The notes under the pieces are model-generated. The model saw only the letters and a list, made by a program, of their open reading frames with translations. It had not been told where the DNA came from and searched no databases. The position numbers and the translations under genes are program-made. From NCBI GenBank assembly GCA_951406725.2, contig OX597836.1, forward strand, positions 19,716,001 to 19,780,000: a DNA stretch of 64,000 nt, in the 5' to 3' direction. The stretch is from Octopus vulgaris (lineage: Eukaryota). Shown one piece after another: positions 13,531-27,577 of this stretch (within the stretch, counting starts at the first letter, position 1; every line of letters starts with the position of its first letter).

Positions 13531-14712
13531 TTACTTTTTCTTCCCTTAATCATTGATACAACTTTTGAGCCCCATAGACTGAAAGAAAGAAATTCTCCCT
13601 ATATTTTTATGAGATATTTTTTTAATCACTGGTACTTGATTTCTTTTTTCCTTATAAGGGAAAATTACTATTTTATTTAAAATAAAATATTAATCTTTAT
13701 CATCTTAATCAGAAAAACAGACAGAGAGACTATCTCTTTACAGATGAAGATCAGTTGCAATGAAAGGAGTTGAATTTCATAAGAATAGAAAAACAAAGAA
13801 CAACAAATGGGTTGTACCTTATAATGAAACTCTTTCAAGAACATTCAAATGCCATTGCAACGTTGAAATCTATTTCTTTACTACCCACAAGGGGCTAAAC
13901 ACAGAGGGGACAAACAAGGACAGACAAATGGATTAAGTCGATTATATCGATCCCAGTGCATAACTGGTACTTATCTAATCTACCCCGAAAGGATGAAGGA
14001 CAAAGTCGACCTTGGCGGAATTTGAGCTCAGAACGTAGCGGCAGCTGAAATACCGCTAAGCATTTCGCCCGGCATGCTAACGATTCTGCCAGCTTGCCGC
14101 CTTTGCAACATTGAAATCATTGCCTCAGTAAGGTCAATTAAGTATGTCATCAAGTACACTCTGAAAGGAAATGACCAAGCTACTGTTCAAATAAACAATG
14201 ATTATCTAATGGGTAGGTATATTAGACCATCCGAAGCAGTTGCATCCATTTTAGGATTTTCAATTCATGAAAGAGCACTTGCAATAGTGAGACTGCAAGT
14301 TCATCTACCAGATGAGCAAAGAATATTGCTTGGAAATAATGAGGATATATATGGATGTCAATGAATGACACATGAGAACATCATTGACAGAATTCTTTTC
14401 ATTGTGCATCAATGATGACTTTGTAAAAACATTATTCTATGCGGAAGTACCCATGTATTTCAATTGGAACTGTAGTAACAAAGAACAGCAAAGAAGAAAG
14501 TGAAGAAAAAAAATGTTGAAGGCCATTTGATCATTTTCAAAGAAGAAATATTTGGTCATATTTATGTTATAACACCAAAGGCCGGAGAACTGTATTATTT
14601 AAGAATTTTTTTGCATGAAGTTTGAAATAGTATTTTTTCCCTTCTTGCTATTCATCGACATTTTTCAACTTGGAATGGTTATGATCCAGTGGGTCATGAC
14701 AGGTACATCTAG
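13531..14712 (+). mobile_element. Helitron Rep-helicase pseudogene fragment interrupted by a SINE A (13871-14102)
   Basis: WVVPYNETLSRTFKCHCNVEI|IASVRSIKYVIKYTLKGNDQA...GRYIRPSEA...IHER..IVRLQVHLP...GELYYLRIFLHEV; ends at CTAG near 14712. Confidence 0.85.
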
Positions 14713-14734
14713 TATATATATATATATATATATA

Positions 14735-15100
14735 TCATCATCGTTTAACGTCCGCTTTTCATGCTAGCATGGGTTGGACGGTTCGACTGGGGTCTGGGAA
14801 GCCAGGTGGCTGCACCAGGCCCAGACTGATCTGGCAGTCTTTCTACAGCTGGATGCCCTTCCTAACACCAACCACTCCGTGAGTGTTGTAGGTGCTTTTT
14901 ACGTGCCACCGGCATGGAGGCCAGTTGGAGCGGCGCTGGCAACAGCCACGTTTGGATGGTTCTTTTACGTTTCACCGGCACTGGTATCATAACTACAATT
15001 TCCATTGATTTTGATCGATTTTGATTTCACTTGCCTCAACAGGTCTTCGCAAGCAGAGTTTTGTGTTCCAGGAAGGAAAGGTATGCATAAGTGGACTGGC
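14735..15100 (-). mobile_element. RTE 3' UTR-derived element
   Basis: Same tail as 12668-13030. Confidence 0.8.
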
Positions 15101-15605
15101 TACATATATATATATATATATATTGTTTATTTAAAGGGCACAATACATGCGTTTAAGTGCTGCTAAGTTGGTATGTAGTCTTTGAAAGATAACAAAATAC
15201 TACATGTGATTAAATGGGAAGTAATTGAAAAATCCATACATTAGGTAAACAGATTGAATAAATGTAGGTTTGTTTAGTTGAAAGAGTGCAGATCCTGTTC
15301 AGATCTAAGATCCCTAACTCTCTATTGAACTCTAGGCAGGAATTTTCAGTGGTTGCAAGTATATGTATAAAAATATTTTGAAGAATTGGAAAATTCCACC
15401 TGTTCCTGACTAATCTTGATATCTTTCCAGCCTTATCAGTTAAGGTCTAAGGAGGAGAGCACTTTTACCTTTTTACTTTCTATATCTTTTACATTTCAGT
15501 TTTTGTGTTTTCATTTTCCTTTTTACATTTTTTATATGCTGCCTTCTCAGTTTTTTCAGGTTTCATCTATTATTCAATTTTTTTTAGTTCGTTATGATAT
15601 GTGGT

Positions 15606-15663
15606 TAGCACCTGAAGAATATGTTTGAGTATCTCTCAATATATGAAACTATTAGTAACGCTT
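15606..15663 (+). ncRNA. Type I hammerhead ribozyme motif (intact core, weakened stem I)
   Basis: CUGAAGA-AUAUGUUUGAG..CUCAAUAUAU-GAAA-CUAUUAG-UA; stem I has two mismatches next to the core. Confidence 0.6.
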
Positions 15664-15799
15664 ACATATATGTATTGTGCTTGATAAATAAATAATATTT
15701 ATCTCCCACCAGATGGAGTACATTTTTTTGTTGAATCTTCTATTACACAATAGTACATTATGTGTGTGTGTGTATGTGTGTGTATGTATATATGTGAAG

Positions 15800-16510
15800 C
15801 ATGATCTTCAAATATCGGGGCTCGTGGAAGTGATGACAAGTGACTGAGACCTTTGGTGCTTGAGAAGACTTGGCAAGCCAAGTGAAATCATAGTCATGGC
15901 TACTGCTGGTGTCATGTAAATGGCACCTGTGCAGGTGATGTGTAAAAAGCACCCATTATGCTCTCAGAGTGGTTGGCATTAGGAAGGGCACCCAGCTGTA
16001 GAAACCATGCCAAATCAGATTGGAACCTGGTGCAGCTCTCCAGCAAACCAGTTCCAATCAAACCGTCTAACCCATACCAGCATGAAAAGCAGATGTTAAA
16101 TGATGATATATAGGTACAGGTATGGCTGTGTGCTAAGAGATTTGCTTTTTGTCCACATGGTTCCACATGGCCCCTTGAGCAAGTGACTTCTACTATAGCT
16201 CTTGGCCAACCAAAGCCTTGTGAGTGGATTTGATAGATGGAAAGTGAAAGAAGTCAATACTTATAGGAACAAATGTATATGTGTGTGTGTGTGTGTGTGT
16301 GTGCATATGTATGGCTTTATTCTTGTGTTTGTCCCCCACCACCACTTTAGAACCAGTGTTAGTTTGTTTATGTTCTGGTAGCTTAGCAGTGTGGCATATG
16401 AAACCACCAATGTGAGGTCCCACATCTGAAAAAAAAAAGTTGATTTGTTCGACTAAAACCCTTCAAAACAGTGCCCCAGCTAGCTGCAGTTGAAAGGCTG
16501 AAATGATACG
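15800..16510 (+). mobile_element. RTE-tail element followed by a decayed SINE B
   Basis: Similarity to other copies in the window. Confidence 0.7.
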
Positions 16511-16529
16511 TGCATGTGTGTGTGTGTGA

Positions 16530-16562
<33 letters not shown>

Positions 16563-17062
16563 CATGCATGCGTGTTTGTGTGTGTGTGTGTGTGTGTGTA
16601 TTGATACAAAAGCATACACCCACATAGATAATTTTTTGTTCTCACACTCAATATATGTATTTCACATGTTGAACTATGTAAAGAAAGTATATATAAATAT
16701 ATATATGTGTGTGTGTGTATATACACACACACATACATATATATACATATATGTATATATAGCTATAAATGTATTCATGCATATAGTTATGAATGCATGC
16801 ATGTATATATCTATATATATGAGAATTATGTAAATTTACCATAATAAGATATATTTATATATAATTGAATTCATATGTCATATAGATTTTCACATAATTC
16901 TTTTCACATCATACATACATATATTATTTCTTTGTGTGGTAAGAAGCTTGTTTTCCAACCACATGGTTCTGGGTTCAGTCCCACTGTGTGACACCTTGGG
17001 CAAGTGTTTTCTATTTTCTACTATAGCCTTATATATACATATAAATATATGTACACACACAC

Positions 17063-17118
<56 letters not shown>

Positions 17119-17727
17119 ACTCATATATATATCCCAGTTTACATAGTAGAAATAATTTATAAGAAGGATAGAGTATACTGGAAACCTTATTTATCATAAC
17201 GATTGTTTCGGTGCATTCTGCACCACACCCTAATGGGTGGGAAAATTACTCTTGCCTGATTTAAGGACATGTTAGATCATGCCCTTCTTCATTTAAGACA
17301 GTAAGGCATGAAGTGAGAGAAACACATTTGCTATTTCTAGCAGGTTGGGCAACCACATAAAGGCTTCCTTGTCGGCTTCAAAGGAGAATGTAGCATGCTG
17401 CACTTGGTAACATTGACTTTAGCAAGGATCAAGCCATTGTTACCTTCTCAGAGTGCTGCACTCAAATAAACATCTACACTGATTCTGCTATTGCACTGGG
17501 TGACCCCAACAATACCTTTCTTTGTAATATTTCTTTTGTGTCTTTAGCTGTACCTACCACTAAAAATAACTTCCCCGGTTTTCCTCAAATCCCACCCTGT
17601 TAAGAAATGAAGTGAAGTTCGGATGATGTTGACAAGGTAAATAGATAGGTAAGTAGACAGGTAGGTATGTAGTTAGGAAGTAAGTTGGTAGGTAGATATG
17701 TAGGTTGGTAGGTAGGTAGGTAGGTAG

Positions 17728-18586
17728 GCAGGCAGCGAGCGGGCAGAGACGTTAGTACGCCGGACGAAATGCTCAGTAGTATTTCGTCTGCCGCTACGTT
17801 CTGATCAAATTCCGCCGAGGTTGACTTTGCCTTTCATCCTTTCGGGGTCGATTGAATAAGTACCAGTTACGCACTGGGGTCGATGTAATCGACTTAATCC
17901 GTTTGTATATCCTTCTTTGTCCCCTCTGTGTTTAGTCCCTTGTGGGTAGTAAAGAAATAGAAATAGGTAGGTAGGTAGGTGTGGAGGCACATGGCCTAGT
18001 GGTTAGAGCAGCAGAGTCGCGGTCGAGGGATCGCGGGTTCGAATATCAGACCGGGAAATGTGTGTGTTTATGAGCGAAACACCTAAGCTCCTCGCGGCTC
18101 TGGCAAAACTTCTGCTGACTCTTTCACCACAACTTTCTCTCACTCTTTGCTCCTGCATCTTGCAACTCACCTGCGATGGACCGGCGTCCCGTCCAGGTGG
18201 GGAACTTATAAGCCAAGAAACCGAGAAACCGGCCCGTATGAGCCAGGCATGGCTCGAGAAGGAACAAACAACAACAACAAGGTAGGTAGGTAGGTAGGTA
18301 GGTAGTGTTATATTCTTATGCTTCCAATATTGTAGTACAGTTGGTATTGTCAACAATAGGCAGCGAGCTGGCAGAAACGTTAGCAGGCCGGGTGAAATGC
18401 GTTGCTGTATTTCGTCTGCCGTTACGTTGTGAGTTCAAATTCCGCTGAGGTCGACTTTGCCTTTCATCCTTTCGGGGTCGATAAATTACGTACCAGTTAT
18501 GCACTCGGGTCGATGTAATCGACTTCCGTTTGTCTGTCCTTGTTTGTCCCCTCTGTGTTTAGCCCCTTGTGGGTAGTAAAGAAATA
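17728..18586 (+). mobile_element. Cluster: SINE A (17728-17965), SINE C-like head with tail type 3 (17983-18280), SINE A with TSD (18358-18586)
   Basis: TSD ggtattgtcaacaat at 18343 and 18587. Confidence 0.85.
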
Positions 18587-18925
18587 GGTATTGTCAACAA
18601 TAGATAAAGAATACACTTTAACAGTGTCATAACAATACAAAAAAGAAACAGTGACAATAAGAATCACGCAATGAACCAACAGTCTTTTGCGAACCAACAA
18701 TCAGTATTTCCAACACACTAACTCAAACTGTAAACTGTACCTGGACTTTGGAGACCAAACTACAAACTGCCAACTTCATCAGACCACTACTAGCGGGTTG
18801 ATGTTGCCTTTCATCCTTTTGGGCCAATAAATTAAGTACCAGAGAAACACTGGAGTTGATGTAATCGACTTGTCTCCTCCCATAAAATTCCAGGCCTTGT
18901 GCCTTTAGTAGAAAGGATTATTATA

Positions 18926-18973
<48 letters not shown>

Positions 18974-19466
18974 GTTTTCTATTGTTATCTTTGTTGTTGT
19001 TATTGTTGTTATTGAGTGAGAGAGCAGCACGCAACATCAAAGCTAGGATACAAATATACGAAGCCCAATATACCCATCTGATAAGGGTACACTAGGCACA
19101 TGCATCACAATAATAATAATAATTATTATTATTATTATTATTGTTGTTGTTGTTGTTGTTGTTATTATTATATGTTTGACTTTTGCTTTACATTTGTACA
19201 AGTTGGCTCCAAGTCTCACCCAGAGACCTCAAGAGACAACAAGTTGGAAGTTCATGTTGGTGTTATGCCTAGGGTGCCATATATTTGGTTTTGTACTTAG
19301 TGTTGTACAAGTGAATGTCTAAAAAAAACCATACGAAAATTATGTTTGTTTTAAAACTTGAGATTACATAGAAAGTATTTTGCGTAGGATATGAGCAGTT
19401 CCCATGAGCATTATTATTATTATTATTATTAGCGGACGTTAAATGATGATGATGATGATGATGATG

Positions 19467-19502
<36 letters not shown>

Positions 19503-19980
19503 TATTATTATTGTTATTAACAACAGTCATTAAAAACAAATTAAATCTCTCTGTCTGCAGCTAGTTTATGATTAATAAAATGAAGATGGGAACAAAATAA
19601 AATGAACAAAATATGACCCCTACTAAATAAACATGTGAAAGAATAGGATATATCAGGGATATTATTTCATAAGAATGTTCCAAACATGAAAAGAAAAGAA
19701 AACAAAACAAGAAGCAAAGAAAAATTGTCATTAACTTTAATTGCTAAAACATTTATACACCCTACAACCATAAAATAAAGGTATAAACATCTGTAATAGC
19801 TAAATATATGTATTTCCTACAAAATGCTGAATATGTATAGTATGTGACTTAAACAAAAGTGTGTACTATGTATGAATAGAGACAAAGTTATGGCTTCCCC
19901 TTCTTTAATCTTTTATAAGGTGAAATCAGTCTGCAAGGTAAGGAATGAATAAGTATTAGGTCTTTTGATTGACATTGTGG

Positions 19981-19984
<4 letters not shown>

Positions 19985-20050
<66 letters not shown>

Positions 20051-20246
20051 CGTGTGAGCGTGTGTGTGTGTGTGTGAGTTTGTGTGTGTGTGCATGTGTG
20101 TGTGTGTGTGTGCATGTGTGCGTGTGCGTGTGTGTATGTGTGTGTGTGTGTGTGTTTGTGTGTGTGTTTGTGCGTATGTGCATGTGTGTATGTGTGTGTT
20201 TGTGTGTGTGTGCGTGTGTGTATGTGTGTGTCTGTGTGCGTGTGTG

Positions 20247-20284
<38 letters not shown>

Positions 20285-20315
20285 TGTGTGTGAGAGTGTG
20301 TGTGAGAGTGTGTGT
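19985..20315. repeat. Degenerate (TG)n
   Basis: Seen directly. Confidence 0.95.
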
Positions 20316-20651
20316 TTGTATTACCTGCTATTATATACAACAGGTAATATCATACAGTTTCATCTCTTTTGTTAAAGAAGAATGAGTAACTGATGACCAA
20401 CAATTCGTGAATTTGTTCTTTGGATCTACAATGGTCATTATTTATTCAAGCACCATCTTTGCTTCATTGTAATATTACTGCCCAGTCAAATATCCCCGCG
20501 TTGTTCAGATTTTGTTGTAGTGTCTTTGGAGTTCTATTGCACTCCCAACCATAGAAGTTTTATAGATACAGCTATCCTAGGTGTCATTTCAGTGGCATTC
20601 AAATACAATTTCAGCATTGTTTACAGCACCATTTTAGTGCCAGTATATAGT

Positions 20652-21095
20652 TATTTCTTTATTACCCACAAGGGGCTAAACACAGAGGGGACAAACAAGG
20701 ACAGACATAGGTATTAAGTAGATTACATCGACCTCAGTGCGAAACAGGTACTTTATTTATCGACCCTGAAAGGATGAAAGGCAAAGTCGACCTTGGCGGA
20801 ATTTGAACTCAGAACGTAACGACAGACGAATTATCTATTTCTTTACTACCCACAAGGGGCTAAACACAGAGGGGACAAACAAGAACAGACAAACGAATTA
20901 AGTCGATTACATCGACCCCAGTGCGTAACTGGTACTTAATTTATCGACCCCGAAAAGATGAAAAGCAAAGTTGACCTCGGCAGAATTTGAACTCAGAACG
21001 TAGCGGCAGACGAATTACCTGTTTCTTTATTACACACAAGGGGCTAAACATAGAGGGGACAAACAAGGACAGACAAACGGATTAAGTCAGTTACA
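20652..21095 (-). mobile_element. SINE A tandem array (2 units plus a partial third)
   Basis: Junctions at ~20833 and ~21017. Confidence 0.85.
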
Positions 21096-21139
21096 CCTCC
21101 TTGAAGAAGTTTCTGTCGAATGGATTAATCCTAGTGCTT

Positions 21140-21279
21140 ATTTTTAAAGTCTGGTACTTCTTCTATCAGTCTCTTTGCTGAACCACCGGGACATAAGCAT
21201 ACCAGCACCAGTTGTCAAGCAGTGGGGGGGCGGGGACAAATACAAACACACACACACACACTCACACACACACACACAC

Positions 21280-21324
<45 letters not shown>

Positions 21325-21535
21325 TGCACACACACACACATGCGCGCACGCACACACACATGCGCGCACGCACACACACGATAGGCTTCTTTTAGTTTCC
21401 GCTTACCAAATCCACTCACAAGGCTTTGGTTGGCCTGAAGCTATGGTAGTAGACACTTGCCCAAAGTGCCACACAGTGGGACTGAACCCAGAACCATGTG
21501 GTTGGGAAGCAGACTTCTTACCACACAGCCATATT
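21140..21535 (-). mobile_element. SINE family B
   Basis: Family similarity. Confidence 0.8.
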
Positions 21536-21669
21536 TGCATCTGGAATTAAAAAAAAAAAATGAGAGTGGCCAGGGCTGAAATAAATGCCTTTTATCATAG
21601 GTTTCCTCAATTGGGACCGACCCGGGGGTAAATAACAACAACAACAACAACAGTAATGTGTTGGCTTAA

Positions 21670-21888
21670 CCCTTTAGTATTTAAACCGGCCATATCCGGC
21701 CAAAATAGCTAATCTGTTATATGTTCAAACTGACCAGATCCAGGCTCTCACACCTACCCTACAATGTTATTCTACATTAGGTAATTACACCATCAAGATC
21801 TTGAAGATATGAGATAATGCATGATTAATTCAAATCAATGGGAATCAATAAGCATTATGTTTGATTGAATAATCTGAACACTAAAGGG
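21670..21888. mobile_element. piggyBac-like MITE
   Basis: TTAA|ccctttagt ... actaaaggg|TTAA; related copies at ~25160-25362 and ~63256-63440. Confidence 0.75.
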
Positions 21889-22447
21889 TTAAAGTGATTT
21901 TTAGCCAGATAACTCTTCAAATACAAGGCAATTGAAAACCAAAATGAGTCACTCAGCACACAATCTGTTTCCAGTTTCTGAGAGTCACAACGTTGGACTT
22001 GGTAAATTTTTAAAACTGGACCTTTATGTTGTTGTTATACAAACAGAAAAGGTTTCATTGTTTGCACAGTTTATACAATAAACACGAAGGCTTTTCCTTT
22101 CCGATGTTTCTAATTTCAAACTTGTGTACACAGTTACAGGTAGCTTGCTTCGTTACTGCTATTGTCAATGTCATCACCCACCACTAATGGTTTTACTGAT
22201 TAATTGATTATTATTATTATTATTATTACTATTATTATTGTTGTTGTTGTTGTTGTTGTTGTTCTCTTCTCTCCTTCAATTAATATTCAATAGTCTTCTT
22301 CCTCTCTCTCTCTCTTTCACTCACTCTCCTCACTCTCCACCTCTTCTTCCTCCTCTCTCTGTCGTTTTCTGTCTCTGTCGGTGTGGTGTCTGTCTCTCTC
22401 TCTCCCTCTTTCTCTTTGTCTCCCAATACCCTCTCCATCTACATATA

Positions 22448-22561
<114 letters not shown>

Positions 22562-22611
22562 TATATATACATATATATATACATCTTTACACAAGCACAT
22601 ATTTTGTGAGC

Positions 22612-22693
<82 letters not shown>

Positions 22694-23366
22694 ATGTATA
22701 TATATATATATATATATATACATACACATATATGTATTTGTATATATATGTGTGTGTGTGGATTAACGGTTGTGTATGTGTTATGTGTGTGCTTTACGAA
22801 ATGCTAATAACAAAAGCCTCTGTACAGCCAACTTGATGTTAAACGTCGAATCAATAATAGATTATAATAGTTTTTAGTTATATACGTTCACAGCAAATAA
22901 TCGATTTTTCGATCACACAGCAGTGGGCAAACTATTCAATTGAACAGCTTTCTCTTAACAATTTCCAATGAAGTTGTATATTTAGTATCGACTAAACAAG
23001 TCTAAGCAAAAAATAGGGATCACGTGACTTGGTGTTGTCCTCCGGGTTCTCCAATTTTATATATATAAAATGTCATTTGATCACGACAATATTCAATTCA
23101 AAGTGTTCTCTTAAACGAAATCCAGTGAAGTTTGTAGATTTTGTATTGATTCAGAAGAAGCAGAAATAATGGCAGCAGCCAAAAAAAAAATAAATAAATA
23201 AATAAATAAATGAAAAGGTGATTACATAACGGGGTGATGTCACCTGGGTTCTCTCCAATTACCTGCATGAACAGATCATTTGATTGCGAAGCAGTGACTG
23301 CTGTCTTAAGACTCCATAGTGTAACACGACTAAACATCTTGCACAACTGCATAATGTCAAACTGGT

Positions 23367-23367
<1 letters not shown>

Positions 23368-23403
<36 letters not shown>

Positions 23404-23404
23404 A

Positions 23405-23439
<35 letters not shown>

Positions 23440-23467
23440 ACATCATCATCATCATCATCATCATCAT

Positions 23468-23518
<51 letters not shown>

Positions 23519-23573
23519 CATCATCCTCATCATCATCATCACCACCACCACCACCACCACCACCATCACCACC

Positions 23574-23636
<63 letters not shown>
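23368..23636. repeat. (CAT)n/(CAC)n
   Basis: Seen directly. Confidence 0.95.
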
Positions 23637-23637
<1 letters not shown>

Positions 23638-24435
23638 GCGTTCTAAGGTCCACTTTTCTAAACCTGTATAAGTTGGGTGGAGTTTATTGAGGAAGATTTT
23701 CTACGGGTGCAAGTGCCCTGCCTGTTACTAATCCACACTCTTTTTGAACAAAGTAATATTTCCCTATGGCCAGACATGATTTTTTGCAGAAAATTGCTAA
23801 TGAATGATAGTGCTTGTATGACAGTGACGCACATTTCAGAGTGTTTGGGTGTCAATCTGAGGACATGTACCTGTAGCAATTTTACTGATGGGAGTTATAT
23901 ACCTCTCTTATCTCATCATTTTTTAAATCTGCAGACAAAACTACATATAAAACACCATATAATATCCCTGATGAAAATTGGCTGTTGACCAGTGTAATTA
24001 ATTTAAATTAAATTAATAAAGCTGCATTTAACTAAATCATCATGAATATTATATGTTATGTTCATTTTATATATCTATATATATATATATGAGTTATTTT
24101 ATTCTACACAGGTAGAAATATAGAAAAAAAGAAGTTGAAAATGCGCTGAGATTTGTTTGGATTTTTGATACACCATTTTATGTTCACTCAATACAATATC
24201 AACATCATTTAGTACCTTAGTCTTATCATTAGAGTCTAAATCATTCCTCCTTTTATCGACATAGTGTAGAACAATAAGGGCCAGTCACAGTCTTCTTGAT
24301 TCTGTGGCTTCCGTTGGTGTCACTGTTCTCTCTCATCTAAAATAGACTGAAACAACAACTATGTTTCTGGTAACATTTCTGTCAGATTTATTTAAGAGAC
24401 AAAATGTTTGTTGAAAGTCTTCTAGAAACACGAGA

Positions 24436-24712
24436 AAGTATAACTTTAATTAAAAAAAAAAATTTATGAAAATACTTGATGAAATTCATAAAGAACATTA
24501 AATATTCAGTCATATATTATGAAAGCACCCACTACACTCTCGGAGTGGTTGGCGTTAGGAAAGGCATCCAGCTGTAGAAACTCTGCCAGATCAAGACTGG
24601 AGACTGGTGCAGCCATCTGGTTTGCCAGTCCTCAGTCAAATCGTCCAACCCATGCTAGCATGGAAAGCGGATGTTAAACGATGATGATGATGATGATGAA
24701 TAAAAAAATCAC
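24436..24712 (+). repeat. Local duplication unit (second copy 25616-25892) including an RTE tail and both flanks
   Basis: aaagtataactttaattaaa...gatgatgaataaaaaaat present twice ~1.18 kb apart. Confidence 0.85.
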
Positions 24713-24762
24713 AAAACACATTATCAACACCTTCATACACATGCATGCACACACACATGCAT

Positions 24763-24829
<67 letters not shown>

Positions 24830-26114
24830 CACGCATGCACACATACCTTTCAACATTTACAAGGTCTCATACTAGCTACAGTCTGAAATTATTAATAAGA
24901 AATTATTGTTTCAGGAGCTAATTTCGTCAGTTTGCTGTTGGCTTCAATGCTGCAGACAGAAACCCTTTCACTAGAAAGCTGACTGAGTCCTAAAACCACT
25001 TTCATAGAACAATGCAGCTACTCTTGTAGATGCAGGTGATAAGTAATTGATACATGCATGATTCTATATAATCAATAATTGTTCCATTGAAATATGTCTT
25101 TCTAGAGTTACCCACAATCATCAAAGATTTGAACATAAGTTGTTCCCTTTTGGTATCCATTAACCCTTTAGTATTCAGATTTATCTGTCAAATGTAATGC
25201 TTATTTATTCACAGTGTTTAGAATTAATCATGTATTATCATGTAATGTCAGGGTTATTTACTTTTAGAATGACATTGTAAGGTAGACGTCAGATGGACTG
25301 TTTGAACATACAACAGGTAGAATATTCAGACTGGATAAGGATGATTTAAAGAGTAAGTTGTTAAGATATATCAAAAGTATATTGTTGCTCTTGGGTCAGT
25401 TTTCCTCTTTGACTGTTTGTCTTAGTTCCTCTGTAGATTCTTGCTGGCAATGTCTGGAGATGATTAAAATGAAAGATTCTAAGTTATCTGGTACAGATAA
25501 CTCAGGAATAAGCAGGTAAAATAGTGGTCAGCAAGCTTCTTATGTCATTGACTCCATCATTGAATCATTGATAATTTATCAACCCCCATCATGTAAATTT
25601 CTAAAATAAAAGTAAAAAGTATAACTTTAATTAAAAAAAAAAAATTAATGAAAATACTTGATGAAATTCATAAAGAACATAAAAAATTCAGTCATATATT
25701 ATAAAAGCACCCACTGCACTCTCGGAGTGGTTGGCGTTAGGAAAGGCATCCAGCTGTAGAAACTCTGCCAGATCAAGATTGGAGCCTGGTGCAGCCATCT
25801 GGTTCGCCAGTCCTCAGTCAAATCATCCAACCCATGCTAGCATGGAAAGCGGATGTTAAACGATGATGATGATGATGATGAATAAAAAAATTATAAAATA
25901 TAAAATCATGAAAGAATTTGCTGTTTAATTTCTAAGAAATACTTCCTTTCCCCACCACGCCGCTTCATTGAGATAAGATGTAAGGTGTGAAATCTAGGTT
26001 TAAGGTCAAACCATACCAGAATTATGCACAATGCTATTTAGTACAATGTGTGCGTGTGCATATGTGTGTGTGTGTTTGTGTGTGTGTATGTGTGTGTGTG
26101 TGTGTGTGTGTGTA

Positions 26115-26777
26115 TTCTTTTATTCTTTTACTTGTTTCAGTCATTTGACTGCGGCCATGCTGGAACACTGCCTTTAGTCAAAACAAATCGACCCCAGGAC
26201 TTATTCTTTGTAAGCCTAGTACTTATTTTATTGGTTTCTTTTGCCAAACCGCTAAGTTACAAGTACGTAAACACACCAACATCAGTTGTCAAGCAACGGT
26301 GGTGGGGATCAAACACTGACACACAAACATACATACATATATATATATACCGGAGTAAACACATAAATGTGAAACAAGGTGGAAAAAAGAGTACTCAAAT
26401 ACCAGGGGTAGAGTAATATGCTTTATATAAAAGCAGCAGAAATTCAACAAAAGCTGTTACTCTGAGTTTCACGTACCTGTTCGTTGGACAGTTTTCTTAA
26501 CAAAACCTGTTACTCTGAGTTTCACGTTCCAACGAACGGGAACGTGAAACTCAGAGTAACAGGTTTTGTTGAATTTCTGCTGCTTTTAAATAAAGAATAA
26601 TACATATAAATATATATATATATTTATATACGACAGGCTTTTTCCAGTTTCCGTCTACCAAATCCACTCACAAGGCTTTGGTTTGCCAGAGTCTATAGTA
26701 GAAGATACCTGCCCAAGGACTGAGCCCGGAACCATGTGGTTGGGAAGCAAGCTTCTTACCACACAGCTACACCTGTG

Positions 26778-26780
<3 letters not shown>
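26115..26780 (-). mobile_element. SINE B interrupted at its internal (TA)n by a fold-back insert (26350-26600)
   Basis: SINE halves on both sides; the insert carries inverted copies of gaaactcagagtaacag. Confidence 0.75.
26454..26491 (-). ncRNA. Decayed type I hammerhead motif
   Basis: CUGU-CCAACGA-ACAGGUACGU-GAAA-CUCAGAG-UA-ACAG; core mutated; inverted copy at 26529-26562 (+) has stem II ACG-GGAA-CGU. Confidence 0.5.
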
Positions 26781-26814
<34 letters not shown>

Positions 26815-27072
26815 CGTGTCTAGATTCAATAGCCAGTGTATACTGTGGCCATTGACAATTATATTGTCAATAAATAGTCTTATCATTACATGACCTTATC
26901 TAAAAATATTTTGATAACAGAAATTATTTATTTACACACACACACGCGCATGCACACACATACATGTGCGTGCACACATACACACAAACACACGCGTGCG
27001 CACACATGGATAAAGGATCTTCAGTGCGTTGTACTTATGCGCCAGTGTAAATAAACAAAAATGTTAGTGTAG

Positions 27073-27125
<53 letters not shown>

Positions 27126-27577
27126 ATACAACATACCAGATATACATATTTGTATTTATTATACAGTTATCTATGTCTATCTACACACACACACACACAC
27201 ATGCACACACATGGATAAAGGGTCTTCAGTGCATTGTACTTATGTGCCAGTGTAAACAACATAAATATAACAAATGTTATTTGACATAAATATAACATAA
27301 ATATAACCAAGAGAGTTAGAGGTTGTGAATCCAACCAACTAAGGGATAATATCTATCCAGTATACTGCTGGTAAAATACCCAATTATTAATACACAAGTG
27401 TTTTTTCATTGCATGGTAATTACATTACCGAGCGTAATAAATGGGTGAGGGTAAAGAGTTATTTTACTCTTAATTTATACAGCTATAAGAAACTGGAGGG
27501 GATACAGAAATAATATACATCAACTGTTAGACATTATATTATGTCTATTTATTTTAAACAATTATGAGAATATATAC

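Noticed and set aside
17191-17296. Possible minus-strand hammerhead (AUGAAGA...GAAACAAUCGUU)
   Set aside because: C3 is missing and stem I does not pair
23234-23671. Poly-His ORF and similar homopolymer ORFs (36870, 57953, 58984, 63477)
   Set aside because: Trinucleotide microsatellites that are open in several frames by construction
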